Notes under the pieces: generated by a model | What the model was told of the DNA's origin: nothing | Seen by the model: only the letters and a program-made list of their open reading frames with translations | Databases searched by the model: none | Shown here: positions 1 to 11,089 of the stretch, one piece after another | Layout: each line of letters begins with the position of its first letter | Numbering within the stretch: the first letter of the stretch is position 1 | Assembly (NCBI GenBank): GCA_963789955.1 | Contig: CAWBMV010000013.1 | Location: 44,339 to 108,338 of the forward strand | Direction: 5' to 3' | DNA length: 64,000 nt | From: an uncultured Candidatus Rokubacteria bacterium | Lineage (GTDB): Bacteria; Methylomirabilota; Methylomirabilia; Rokubacteriales; CSP1-6 | Program-made: the position numbers and the translations under genes

Positions 1-1685
1 GCCGAATGGGACGCTGGCGCCGAGCGGCTGACGGTGTGGGGCGAAACGAAAGTCCCCTACTTCAACCGCCGCACGCTCGGCGAGCATGCTGGGGCTCGAC
101 GAGGCGCGGATCGACTTCGCGGAGGCGGACGTCGGCGGCGGCTTCGGCGCGCGCGGGGAGTTCTATCCCGAAGACTTCCTGATCCCCTACCTGGCCCGGC
201 GCCTGGGGCGCCCGGTGAAGTGGGTCGAGGATCGCCGCGAGCACTTTCTCACGATCAATCACTCGCGCGAGCAGCAGTGGTCGGTCGTGGCCGCCGCCGA
301 CGAGCGCGGACGACTGCTGGCGCTCGACGCCTCGTTCGTCAACGTCATGGGCGGCTATCTGCGCACGCACGGGATCTGGGCGGCCTCGCTCACCGCGTCG
401 TATCTGCCCGGCCCGTACCAGTGGCCGAACTACCGCTGTCGCGTCTCCTGCGTCATGACCACCAAGACGCCGACCGGCACGGTGCGGGCGCCGGGCTTCT
501 ACGAGGGCGCGTTCGTGCGCGAGCGGATCCTCGACGTGCTCGCCGCCCGGGCCGGGCTCGATCCCGCCGAGATCCGTCGCCGCAATCTCGCGCGACCGGA
601 CGACCAGCCGTACACGGTCAACACGGTCGCCGGCGCAGTCATGGGGCGAAACGCCGACTTCGCGGACGAGGACTTCGGCGTGATGTTCGAGCACGCGCTG
701 AAGGCCGGCCGGTACGAGGCGCGCGCTGGCCGAGTGCCGCGAGCGCAACGCCGCCGGGGGTGACGTGCGCTACGGCGTCGGACTCGCGGCCGTGGTGGAG
801 ACCTCGGGCACCGGGCCGTTCGAGAGCGCGAAGGTCATCCTGACCTCCGAGGGGCGCATCGACCGTCGCGGCCGGCGCCACCTCGCTCGGTCAGGGGCTT
901 CCGACGACACTCGCGCAGGTCTGTGCCGAGGTGCTTCAAGTGCCGCCGGCGCAGATCACCGTGCACCTCGGCGACACGCGCTGGATGCCGAACGGCGTCG
1001 GCAGCTCCGCGAGCCGCTCGGCCGTGATGGCGGGCTCCGCCGTGCACCACGCGTCGACGCGCCTGCGCGAGCAGATCGTGGCGATCGCGGCCGCGCGCTT
1101 CGAGGCCAGCCCGGCCGACATCGAGCTGGCCGACGGCGCCGCGTTCGTGCGCGGGGTCCCCGATCGGCGCTGCTCGCTGCGCGAGATCGCCGCGCTCGCC
1201 GCGAGCCCGCTCGAATCCGAGTGGCGCCACGAAGCCACCCGCGCGATCGGCTCGTTCGGCTTCCACCTGTCCGTCGTCGGTGTCGACGTGACGACCGGCG
1301 AGGTCCATCCCGAGACGCATTTCGTCCTGTGCGACGTGGGGCGCGCGCTCAACCCGGCCATCGTCGAGGGCCAGCTGGTCGGCGCCGTGGTCCAGGGCAT
1401 CGGCCACGCGACGATGGAGGAGCTCGTCTACGACTCGAGCGGCCAGCTCCTGACCGGCACCTTCATGGACTACGCGATGCCGACCGCGGCCCGGGTGCCG
1501 GCGGTCGAGCTGCTCGATCCACGAGTCCGCCGCGGCGTCGCAATCCGCTCGGCGTGAAGGGCGCCGGCGAGGCCGGCACGTCGGGCGTCGGCGCGGCGGT
1601 CGCGAACGCGGTGGCCGCCGCGGTCGGCAACGCCGCCGCGCGCCACGTGCCCGTGACCGCGCCGAGGGTCAAGGCCGCGCTCTGA
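1..1685 (+). CDS. Xanthine dehydrogenase/CoxL-family molybdopterin-binding large subunit (5'-truncated, several frameshifts)
   Basis: Joined frames give GGGFGARG, PVKWVEDRRE, GQG..TTLAQ, DVGRALNPAIVEGQLVGAVVQGIG, FMDYAMP and NPLGVKGAGE. Confidence 0.9.
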
Positions 1686-1694
1686 GTCCTGCTC

Positions 1695-2579
1695 GTGTCG
1701 CGCCGTCCACCTGCTTCTCGTGGCGCTCGTGCTCGTCGCGTGCTCGGTCGCGATCGAGCCCGTCGAACCGATCGACGCGTCGCTGCGCGAGGAGCTCCAC
1801 CGCGTGGCCGTGCCGGCGACGGACGCGAGCATCGTGGTCACCAGCTTTCGTCCGCGCGCCGCGGGACCGTTGCCGTGGATCGTCATGAGCCACGGCACCG
1901 CCACCGACGCCCGAGGCCAATCGAACGATCGGCCGCGTACCGGTCTCTGAACCCGATACGCGAGTGGGTTCGTCGCGGCTATGCGGTGATCGTGCCGGTG
2001 CGACGCGGCTACGGCGCGAGCGGCGGCGCACAAGTTCGGCGACTCGTACGGCAGCTGCAGCCGACCGGACTTCCGTCGCGCCGGCGAAGGCGCCGCGGCG
2101 GACATTCTCGCCGACCGTCCAGTGGGCCAAGACGCAGAGTGACTCTCGACCCGAAGCGCTGGCTGCTGGTGGGACAGAGCTCCGGCGGGTTCGCCTCGAT
2201 CTACACGGCGTCGAAGCGCCCCGACGGGCTCGTGGCGGTGCTCGCGTTCGCGCCCGGACGCGGCGGACGGCCAGACACGCACCCGGGACTACCCTGCGCG
2301 CCGGATCCGCTGGCCAAGCTGTTCGCGTCGATCGCGCCGCAGATCGCCGTGCCGGTGCTGTGGTTCTACGCCGAGAACGACCAGTACATCGGACCGGCCG
2401 CGGCAAAGCTCTGGTTCGAGAGCTTCCACGCGGCCGGCGGGCGCGGTGACTTCGTCATGATTCCGCCGTTTCCCGACAGACGCGGTCATGGCGTCTATCC
2501 GTCAGCCGCCGGCACGCCGCTCTGGACCGCGGCCGTGGCGACGTTCTTCCACGCGCACCAGATCGCGCTGCCGTTCTAG
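1695..2579 (+). CDS. Dienelactone-hydrolase-like alpha/beta hydrolase, possible lipoprotein (frameshifted)
   Basis: Hydrophobic N-terminus ending LVAC; PWIVMSHG; RRGYGAS; nucleophile GQSSGG; WFYAEND; C-terminal GH. Confidence 0.75.
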   Translation: MSRRPPASRGARARRVLGRDRARRTDRRVAARGAPPRGRAGDGREHRGHQLSSARRGTVAVDRHEPRHRHRRPRPIERSAAYRSLNPIREWVRRGYAVIVPVRRGYGASGGAQVRRLVRQLQPTGLPSRRRRRRGGHSRRPSSGPRRRVTLDPKRWLLVGQSSGGFASIYTASKRPDGLVAVLAFAPGRGGRPDTHPGLPCAPDPLAKLFASIAPQIAVPVLWFYAENDQYIGPAAAKLWFESFHAAGGRGDFVMIPPFPDRRGHGVYPSAAGTPLWTAAVATFFHAHQIALPF

Positions 2580-3644
2580 ACGCTCATCGCCTCGGCCGCC
2601 GCGCGCGCGATGCCGACCGCCTCGGCAGCGGCCAGGATCTCGCCCCATGTCGTCGCGTCGACCTCGATGCCCGTGCGGCCGCGCTCGGCCTGCGCGAGAC
2701 GCTCCGGCTCTCCGGGAACGAGGACCGGCAGCTTGGGATCGGCCGGCGGTGAAGCCTTCACGTAGTCGATGAAGCCGTCGATCTCTCGCTTGAGCCAGTC
2801 GACGCCGGCGAGCCGCGCCGGATCGACGAGCATCGTGAACATGTTGTTGACGACGCCGCCCATGCGCTGGTTGCCCGGCTGGATGCTCGGGCCTCCGGTA
2901 AGCGCGGTGGCGAGCAGTTCGGTGACCACCGCGAGCGCATAGCCCTTGTGACCACCGAACGGGAGCAGGGCGCCGTTCGGCTCGCTGTACATCACGTTCG
3001 GATCCCGCGTCGGCCGGCCTTTGGAGTCGATGAGCGCGCCTTCGGGCGCGGGCTTGCCCTCGTTCTTCGCGACGCGGATCTTGCCCATCGCCACCTGGCT
3101 CGTGGCCATGTCGAGCAGCAGCGGCGCGTGACGCTCGGTGCCGGGCACCGCGATGCAGACGGGATTCGTCACGAACCGGGCGTCGGTGCCTCGAAACGGC
3201 GCGACCGTCGCGCGATGGTCCGTGACGTTGACGAAGTGCAGCGAGACGAGCCCGGCGCCGGTCGCGAGCTCGCCGTAGGCGCCGACCCGCCCGATGTGAT
3301 GCGCGTTGGCCAGGGTCATCGCGACGACGCCGGTCTCGCGGCAGCGCGCGATCGCCGCGTCCATCGCCTCGCCCGCGACCGGGCGGCCGTACCCGCGCCC
3401 GCCGTCGAACATCAGCATCGCCCCGTCGTCCTTCACGAGCTTCGCCCGTGTGTTCGGCACCACGAGCCCGGCCTTCAGGTGCCGGATGTACGTCGGGATC
3501 ATGCCCGACACCGTGGCTGTCGTGGCCCATCAGGTTGGCGCGTACCAGATGCTCGGCGACAAGGTCCGCTTCGGAGGCGGCGCTTCCGCCCGCTTTCACG
3601 ATCGCGCTGGTCAAACGTCGCAGGTTATCGGCAGTCGCACGCAC
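2576..3644 (-). CDS. Ldh_2-family (malate/lactate/ureidoglycolate dehydrogenase-like) oxidoreductase (one frameshift near 3510)
   Basis: GHDSHGV, HHIGRVG, TNP, LLLDMATS, LLPFGGHKGY, VLVPGEPE; SD GGAGG upstream of GTG at 3644. Confidence 0.9.
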
Positions 3645-3658
3645 GTGCGATTCCTCCC

Positions 3659-5827
3659 TTAGTGAGCGAGTGGATCCGGGCGCAGCTGGAAGTGGACGGC
3701 GATCGGCTTCTTGCCCTTGCCGCCTTCCATGAGCCACGGCGCCCGATCGCCGCTGGTCGTCCACAACCCGCGGCCCTTCCAGCCGGCCGCCGGATCGTCG
3801 ATGCGCCCGTCGAATCCCTTGGCGTAGAACCCCAGCGGATACGGCACGCGCAGGACGATCATCTTGCCGTCCTTGAGCGCGATCAGGCCGTCGTTGAGGT
3901 TGCCGGTCGACATCGGCACGTCCTCGCCGAGCCCGAACGTGTTGTGCTGATCGACCCACGTGTAGTAGGTCGACTCGGCGCTGTTCTCACCGATCCCCTG
4001 GAAGCCGGGGCCCGGATACTGATAGAACGTCCAGCCCTCGGGACAGTGGTCGCCGGTGGCCTTCGGTCCGTTGAGCGGCCCCTTGCACTTGCGCCGATCA
4101 AAGCTGCCGATGTGGCCGCTGCCCATCGACGCCCACACCACGCCCTGCTTGTCGATGTCAGCGCCGCGAATCCCGAAGTAGGGCTTCGGCACGTTGTAGA
4201 TCTCGGCGAGCGCCGTCGCGGGCGGGTTCGGCCCGGGCGCAACTCTCACGACCGCCGCGGTGCCGCCGAAGACTCCGACCGAGCCCCAGATCGAGCCGTC
4301 GACCGGGCTCGGCATCACGGCGTAGAAGCCGCCGGCGATCCGTTTGTCCTTGGTCGGATCGACCGGCTGATCGGGCTCGACGTAGTCGTCCCGCTTGCCG
4401 TTGCCGTTCGTATCCAGGACGAACGCCGTCCAGCCCTGCGACCGAGCCGCGTCACCCGTCTCGTCGAACATCTTCGTGTTGACCCAGCCGACCACCGGCC
4501 CGCCGCCGCTGGTCCACACGGTCTCGTTGGCGTCGTAGCCGAACTGCAGATGATGCGTCTGGAAGCACGTATCGACGAACGTGTACTTCATCGTCTTCGG
4601 ATCGAGGAACGTGAGTCCGCGGTTCGTGCGCTCGAGCGGGAACAGCTTGGCCGAAGGTTGGTCCGAGCCCTTCTGGCAGAAATCGGGGTTCTTCGGCCCG
4701 CGCACGACCGCCGCGAACCAGACGCGGCCTTTGCGATCGAACATACCGTTGTGATTGTTGGCCTTGGTGTCCCAGAGCTTCTCTTCGCCCCAGTACGCCG
4801 ACGGCGCCATCGGCTTTTCGATCGCGGCGTGCCCCGGCCCGAGCGCTTCCGGCGTATCGGCGTCGCGCACCGGCGCCCTGAAGGTCGTGACGGTATTCGT
4901 CCTCGGATCGAGGATCGGATAGTCGTCGGTCGCGTATTCGGGCGAGCCGTAGAGCTTGCCGTAGGCGTTGACCGTCGGATAGCGGCGGTCCGACGCGATC
5001 AGGTCGTGCAGATACTTCTTCGGATCGCCCCACTCCCACGTCGTCACGACGATGTTGCGCTCGACGCCCTGCGGCCGCGGCGGCTTGCTGTGCGGCAGCT
5101 CGCCCTTGGCGACACGATCGGTCCAGTCACCGAAGTATTTGAACGGCACGCTGCCGAGCGCTTGCGTGAGTGGGGTCAGCATGAAGGGCGCCGCCTGCCC
5201 CGACTGCACGCGTCGAATCCACGCCGATTGTCCGGAGTCGAACCGTCCGAACGCGGCCGGGATCGTACGGGTCGAGAGCTGACCGAGCTGATGACAGCCC
5301 ACGCAGGCTCGGTTCTTCACGATCGTGAGCCACTCGCTCTGCGTGATTCTCGCGGGAATGTCGCTCGTGCCGCCGAACTGATCGGCGGCGGGGATCTTGA
5401 GCATCGAGTACCAGTAGATCGCCGGGTAGTACTGAGCCGCCGCCGCCTCGTTCGGCGCCGGCACCGCGGTGAGGTTCAGCAGCTTGCCCGGCTCGGCGTC
5501 GACCTTCGCCGAATCGATCAGGCCGTAGCCGCGGACCCACACCTTGTACTTGGCCTTCGGGAGACCGGGCACCAGGTAGCGTCCCTGGTGGTCCGTCACG
5601 ACGATGCGCGCGAACCTGGTCGGCAGGTCGAGCGTCTCGGCGATGACCCAGACGCCGGCCTCGGGCCCGGCCGGCCCGGTGACCACGCCCCCGATGTCGT
5701 CGCCGTCGATGGGAACCGCGCCGGCGGCCGGTTGCTGGGCGCCGAGGTTCACCATCGAGCCCGCACCGAGCACCGCGATCGCGACTGCCACCACTGCCAG
5801 CCACAGCACTTTCTTCGTCGTCGTCAT
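3659..5827 (-). CDS. Secreted protein: carboxypeptidase-regulatory-like domain, one CxxCH heme-c motif, Vgb/NHL-like beta-propeller
   Basis: Signal peptide MTTTKKVLWLAVVAVAIA; VTDHQGRYLVPGLP..YKVWVRGYG; CVGCH at 5291-5305; repeated D..G.VW blades; uninterrupted ORF with SD. Confidence 0.7.
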   Translation of the reverse strand: MTTTKKVLWLAVVAVAIAVLGAGSMVNLGAQQPAAGAVPIDGDDIGGVVTGPAGPEAGVWVIAETLDLPTRFARIVVTDHQGRYLVPGLPKAKYKVWVRGYGLIDSAKVDAEPGKLLNLTAVPAPNEAAAAQYYPAIYWYSMLKIPAADQFGGTSDIPARITQSEWLTIVKNRACVGCHQLGQLSTRTIPAAFGRFDSGQSAWIRRVQSGQAAPFMLTPLTQALGSVPFKYFGDWTDRVAKGELPHSKPPRPQGVERNIVVTTWEWGDPKKYLHDLIASDRRYPTVNAYGKLYGSPEYATDDYPILDPRTNTVTTFRAPVRDADTPEALGPGHAAIEKPMAPSAYWGEEKLWDTKANNHNGMFDRKGRVWFAAVVRGPKNPDFCQKGSDQPSAKLFPLERTNRGLTFLDPKTMKYTFVDTCFQTHHLQFGYDANETVWTSGGGPVVGWVNTKMFDETGDAARSQGWTAFVLDTNGNGKRDDYVEPDQPVDPTKDKRIAGGFYAVMPSPVDGSIWGSVGVFGGTAAVVRVAPGPNPPATALAEIYNVPKPYFGIRGADIDKQGVVWASMGSGHIGSFDRRKCKGPLNGPKATGDHCPEGWTFYQYPGPGFQGIGENSAESTYYTWVDQHNTFGLGEDVPMSTGNLNDGLIALKDGKMIVLRVPYPLGFYAKGFDGRIDDPAAGWKGRGLWTTSGDRAPWLMEGGKGKKPIAVHFQLRPDPLAH

Positions 5828-5947
5828 GGTGCCACTCCCTTCATCCCGTCCACGACTTCTCCGCCGCGCGCCAGGATGATACCTCGGGACCCGCGGGCGC
5901 GTGATGGCGGTTGCGCCGAGCGCCACCGCCGCTTAGAGTGCGAGCAA

Positions 5948-8657
5948 ATGCGCGTGGCCATTCTGCCGTCGGGCGCGCTGCTGGCGGACGCGCCGCGCGT
6001 CGGCGACGAGGCCGGCGACGGCCTCTCCGCAGTGGCCCGCACCCGCCTCGCCCGCGCCTTCGCGCGTGGGCCCGGGCACGCACTGCTCGACCTGGGTTCG
6101 ACCGAGCTCGACGCACCGCTCGCCCCCCCGCTCGCATTCCTGCGCGACCTCGGCCGCGCGTTCGTGACGCGGCTCTGCGCCCTGCCCGACCTCGAGGAGC
6201 ACCGTGACCGAATCGAGGTTGACTGCCCCGCTGACGAGCGTGAGCGGCTGGCCGGCAACGTCCCACCCGATGGACGGCAGCGAGTACGTCGACTCCGACT
6301 GGATCGCGGCGCGCTGGGCCGACCTCAACCGCGCGTTCGCCGACGAGATCAGCGCGCATCGCGGCTCGGTCGGTGGCTGGCTGAGCACGCGACATCCCTC
6401 GTGGCACGTCGTCGGCAAGGTATGCCTGCACCTGGCCGAGAATCGCGCAGACGAGGAGCATCCGTTCGCGTTCCTCGCGACCTACGCGGCGCGCGCCGGC
6501 GCGGGCGGCAAGGTGCAGCATCGGCCACTGGCGCGTGCGCTCGAGGAGTCGTCTGCACGCGGCGACCGGCAGGGACTGCTCCATCTGCTCGTGCCCCTCC
6601 AGCGCGCGGCGGAGCAGATCGAATGGCTGGCCGAGCTGATCGACTCAGGCGAAGTCTACCAGGCGACGGCCTGGACTCCCGCCCAGGCCCACCGCTTCCT
6701 GAACGCCATCCCGGCCTTCGAGGCGGCCGGGCTGGTCGTGCGCGTCCCCGATTGGTGGCGCGCCCGCCGCCCGCCACGACCCGAGGTTGCCGTCCGGGTG
6801 GGCGAGAAGAAGCCAAGCGCGGTCGGCATGGACGCGCTGCTCGACTTCTCGGTCGCCGTCGCGCTGGGCGGAGAGAAGCTGACGAGCGCCGAGGTGCGTC
6901 AGCTCCTCGCGTCGTCGGGCGGGCTGGTGCGCCTGCGCGGTCAGTGGATCGAGCTGGACCGCGAGCGGCTGCGCGAGGTGCTTTCCCACTGGGAGCGGGT
7001 GCGGCGTGAGGCCGAGAAGGGTGGGCTGTCGTTCCTCGAGGGCATGCGACTGCTCGCCGGCACCCCGCGAAGCGAGGACGATGCCGCGGCGCTCGCGACG
7101 GGCGAGGGCTGGTCGCGCGTCGAGGCCGGCGCCTGGCTCGCGCGTACGCTCGAGGGGCTGCGAGGGCCGACGGGGCTCGCGGCGACCGATCCGGGCGCGG
7201 ACCTTCGCGGCACGCTGCGGCCCTATCAGAGGGTAGGCGTAGCGTGGCTCGCGTTCGCCTCGTCGCTGCGGCTCGGCGTCTGCCTGGCGGACGATATGGG
7301 ACTCGGCAAGACCATCCAGGTGCTCGGCCTCCTGCTCCTGCACAAACAGCGCGAGCGCTCCGGCGGGCCGCCGCATCTGCTCGTGGCGCCAGCATCGCTC
7401 CTCGCCAACTGGCAGGCCGAGATCGACCGCTTCGGGCCGTCGCTGACGACGCTCGTCGCACACCCATCCGCCATGGCCGCGCGCGAGCTGGCCGAGCTAG
7501 CCAGCGCCGATCTCGGCTCCACCGATCTTGTCATCACCACCTACGGGACGCTGGCGCGCGTCGAGGCGCTGCGGGCGCGTGAATGGTCACTGGCGATCCT
7601 CGACGAAGCGCAGGCGATCAAGAACCCCGGAGCGCGCCAGACGCAGGCGGCCAAAGCGTTGAAGGCGCGCAGCCGCATCGCGCTGACCGGCACGCCCGTC
7701 GAGAATCGCCTGGGAGATCTGTGGTCGATCTACGACTTCCTCGACCCCGGCCTGCTGGGCTCGGCGCGCGAGTTCTCGGCGTTCGCCAAGCGGCTGGCCG
7801 ACCGGCCGGACGAAGGCTACGCGCCACTGCGCCGCCTCATCCAGCCCTACCTGCTGCGCCGGCTCAAGACCGACCGCTCCGTCGTGGCCGACCTGCCAGA
7901 CAAGACCGAGGTGAAGGCGTTCTGCCTTCTCTCGGGCCAGCAGGTCGCGCTCTACCAGAAGACGGTCGATGAGCTCGAGCGTTCGATCACGGGCCTCGCG
8001 CAAGGCATCGAGCGGCGGGGCCTGGTGCTGGCCTATCTGATGCGCTTCAAGCAGATCTGCAATCACCCCTCGCACTGGCTGGGCGAAAGTACCTGGGACG
8101 AGGCGGGGAGCGGTAAGCTCGCGCGGCTGCGCGAGATCGTCGAGGCGGTGGCGGCGAAGCACGAAAAGGTCCTGGTGTTCACGCAATTCCGCGAGGCCAC
8201 GGAGCCACTGGCCGCGTTCCTGACGGGTTTGTTCGGCCGGCCCGGGCTCGTGCTCCATGGCAGCACGCCGGTCAGGGCCCGTGGCGCGCTCGTGCGACGT
8301 TTCCAGGAGGATGCGACCGTGCCGTTCTTCGTGCTGTCCCTGAAGGCGGGCGGCAGCGGCCTGAACCTCACCGAGGCCTCCCACGTCGTGCACTTCGACC
8401 GGTGGTGGAACCCCGCCGTCGAGGACCAAGCGACCGACCGTGCCTACCGAATCGGCCAGCACAGGAACGTGCTGGTGCACAAGCTCGTGTGCCGCGGGAC
8501 CATCGAGGAGCGCATCGACAAGCTCCTCGAGGACAAGCAGGCCCTGGTGCGCGGCGTACTCCAGGGTGGCGGCGAGACGCTGCTGACCGAGATGAGCGAC
8601 GCAGAGCTGATGACCATGGTCACGCTCGACCTCCGCCGGGCCACGGCCGAGCTCTGA
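5948..8657 (+). CDS. SNF2/SWI2-family helicase-like ATPase (one frameshift near 6265)
   Basis: LRPYQ, LADDMGLGKT, LDEAQAIKN, LTGTPVEN, DRWWNPAVEDQATDRAYRIGQ. Confidence 0.95.
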
Positions 8658-8672
8658 GCGAAAGGAGGCGCG

Positions 8673-9481
8673 ATGGCGTGGTACGGCGGATGGGACTACT
8701 ACCCGCCTTACGTGTCGGTGGGCGAAAAGAGGGCGCACGGCATGCTGGCGCTGACGAAGCTGTTAAGCAAGAGCAAGCGGAAGGCCGAGCCGGTCGCGAT
8801 TGCGGGACGGAAGCGACTGCTCGCCGACCACGTTCTGGGGCAAGGCGTGGTGCGCCAACCTCGAGGGCTACGCCGACTTTGCCAACCGTTTGCCGCGCGG
8901 CCGCACCTATCTGCGGAACGGCTCGGTGCTGGACCTGGCGATCGCCGAGGGCCGGATCGAGGCGTACGTGGCCGGCAGCGATCTCTACCGGGTGACGATC
9001 GGCATCGCCGCTCTCGCGAAGACCGCGTTGGCGCCGTGTCATCGCTCGCTGCATTGGCCGGATCGGCTCGCTCGTCGGCTTGCTGCGCGGTGAGCTGTCC
9101 GACGACCTGCTGGCCGCGCTGACGGACCCGAAGGACGGGCTTTTTCCTGAGCCGCGCGAAATGACGTTCGACTGCTCATGCCCAGACTGGGCGGGCCTCT
9201 GCAAGCACGTCGCCGCGGTCCTCTACGGCGTGGGCATCCGTCTCGACGCCAAACCGGAGCTATTCTTCGTGCTACGCCGGGTTGACCAGGGCGAGCTGCT
9301 CAGTTCGGCCACCGCCGGCACCGTATCGCGCGGGCGCCCGGCCGCGGGCAAGCGCATCGCCGACGACCGGCTGTCCGCAGTATTCGGGATCGAGCTCGAG
9401 GACGCCGCGCCGGCGGGCACGCGGCGCCCGTCACGCCGGCGCACGCCGAGTCCATCCCGCGTCTCCAAACGGCGACGTTGA
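8673..9481 (+). CDS. SWIM zinc-finger protein (frameshifted)
   Basis: TFWGKAWC, NRLPRGRTY.RNGSV, CSCPDWAGLCKH (CxC..CxH); SD AAGGAGG; directly follows the SNF2 gene. Confidence 0.9.
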
Positions 9482-9516
9482 GCCCTGATCGCGGTTGCCG
9501 TATCGTGGCGACAGAC

Positions 9517-9713
9517 ATGAAGGCGCCACCTCTTCCTCTGTGGCGAATGACGCGCGGCCGATACGACCGGCTCGTCGACGTCGGCATCTTCGGCCCGGAG
9601 GACCGGGTCGAGCTGCTCGATGGGTTGCTCGTCGCCGGCGAGCCACGAACGCCGTCGTCACGCCCTCGCCGCGCCCCCGAGCCCGCATCCGCGTGGCCGC
9701 CCTGCTGCCGTAG
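9517..9713 (+). pseudogene. Uma2-family endonuclease relic with internal deletion
   Basis: N-terminal YDRLVDVGIFGPEDRVELLDGLLV joined directly to C-terminal ..RARIRVAALLP; catalytic core absent. Confidence 0.7.
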
Positions 9714-9734
9714 GTCGGAACCGCTTGATGACGG

Positions 9735-11054
9735 CTACCAGGGCAGGATCGCGGGCTCGTACTGCTCGATTCGCTCCTTGATCGCCATCAACGGCTCGAT
9801 GCCGTAGAGCTTTCGGGCGTTCTCGCCCATCAGCTTTCGCTGCGCCTGGGCGGGCACGCCGACCTCCGCCATATGATGCAGGCCCTCCCAGGCGTCTTCG
9901 GCGTCGTGGTGGGGATAGTCCGACGACCAGATCGCGACGTCCTGGAACACGTCCCACAGCCGATAGACCAGGGTCTCGTCCGACTCGAAGCCGATGTAGC
10001 AGCGCTCGTTGAAGACCTCGACGGGATCGCGGATGAGCCGGTTGTCGCGCTGGAACGCGAACAGGTTCGAGAAGTTCGAGCTGCGCGCCAGGATCAGCGG
10101 CAGCCACGACGCGTTCGACTCGAGCACCGCGGCCTTGAGCTTCGGGAACTTCTCGAGCCAGCCCGTTTGCACCACCACCGTGACCCACGTCATCGCTTCC
10201 ATCAAGAAGCCTAGAGTCTCGGAGGCGTCGATGGCCGGGTCCATCGCCGCCGTGATGTTCGACACGAACTGACCGGGCGAGTAGACGACCGCCTCGTCGG
10301 TGAACAGGAGCCCCTGCCCGGAGTGCCCGCGCGCCTGGGCCATGCGCTGACCCCATTCCGGCGTGAGCGCTTCGCGCGAGGGAAACGTGTGCATGGCCAG
10401 CACGACGCCCGTGGCCTCGAACTCGCGCCAGAGCGGATCGAACTCGGGCAACGTGGGATAGCGGCCGTTCCAGAAGCACGGCCGCACCGCGGCCGCCTTG
10501 AAGCCGAGCGCCGCGACGCGCTTGAGCTCGGCGATCGACGCCTCGACGCTCTGCAGCGGCAGCACCGCGCAGGGAAACAGCCGCCGGCGGTCGGCGGCGC
10601 AGTAGTCGAGCACCCAGTCGTTGTAGGCGCGGGCCAGCACCGTCGCCGCCTCGGGGCTTCGCACGAGCGCCAGCCGGACGAACCACGTCGGGAACAGCAT
10701 CACCTGATCGGTGCCGAGCGCGTCCATGTCGCTGAGCCGCGCGCGCGGGTCGCGACAGCCCAGGAGCCGGCCGAACTTTTCCTGCCAGGCGGCGGTGCCG
10801 GGGGTGAGCTTGCCGACTTCCTTCTTGTCCCAGCGCGCCCAGCCCACCTCGGCCGCGTTCGAGCGCTCGCGGGCCGCCGGCACGACCCGCCCGTTGATGT
10901 AGAGCAGGTCGCTGTCGGTGTGGAAGCAGAACTGCGTCTTGATCCACGCGCGGCTGGCGGCCGGCACGTACTCGTCCCAGACGGCCGGCGGCTCCACGAC
11001 GTGGCTGTCGCAGTCGAACACCGGAAAGTCCTTGCGGATGCTGGTGGCTGTCAT
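9735..11054 (-). CDS. Amidohydrolase_2-family metal-dependent hydrolase/decarboxylase
   Basis: DCDSHVVEP, AYNDW, FDPLW, LEKFPKLK..LESNASW, SSDYPHHDA, MGENA. Confidence 0.9.
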   Translation of the reverse strand: MTATSIRKDFPVFDCDSHVVEPPAVWDEYVPAASRAWIKTQFCFHTDSDLLYINGRVVPAARERSNAAEVGWARWDKKEVGKLTPGTAAWQEKFGRLLGCRDPRARLSDMDALGTDQVMLFPTWFVRLALVRSPEAATVLARAYNDWVLDYCAADRRRLFPCAVLPLQSVEASIAELKRVAALGFKAAAVRPCFWNGRYPTLPEFDPLWREFEATGVVLAMHTFPSREALTPEWGQRMAQARGHSGQGLLFTDEAVVYSPGQFVSNITAAMDPAIDASETLGFLMEAMTWVTVVVQTGWLEKFPKLKAAVLESNASWLPLILARSSNFSNLFAFQRDNRLIRDPVEVFNERCYIGFESDETLVYRLWDVFQDVAIWSSDYPHHDAEDAWEGLHHMAEVGVPAQAQRKLMGENARKLYGIEPLMAIKERIEQYEPAILPW

Positions 11055-11089
11055 ACGGATGAAGTAGCCTATTGTCGGGAACGCTGTCA

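Noticed and set aside
761..763. TGA inside the Mo-hydroxylase as possible selenocysteine, given YqeC in the window
   Set aside because: The TGA falls in a frameshifted stretch at a non-catalytic position, homology continues in another frame, and YqeC-type selenium is not inserted as Sec.
1..1685. Aerobic CO dehydrogenase (coxL)
   Set aside because: Lacks the AYxCSFR copper-binding loop.
2948..7009. 1353-aa plus-strand ORF and similar long Arg/Ala/Pro-rich ORFs (e.g. 20224-22128, 29781-31784, 52085-53716)
   Set aside because: Antisense shadows of real genes in high-GC DNA; only part of the first (5948-~6265) is the true SNF2 N-terminus.
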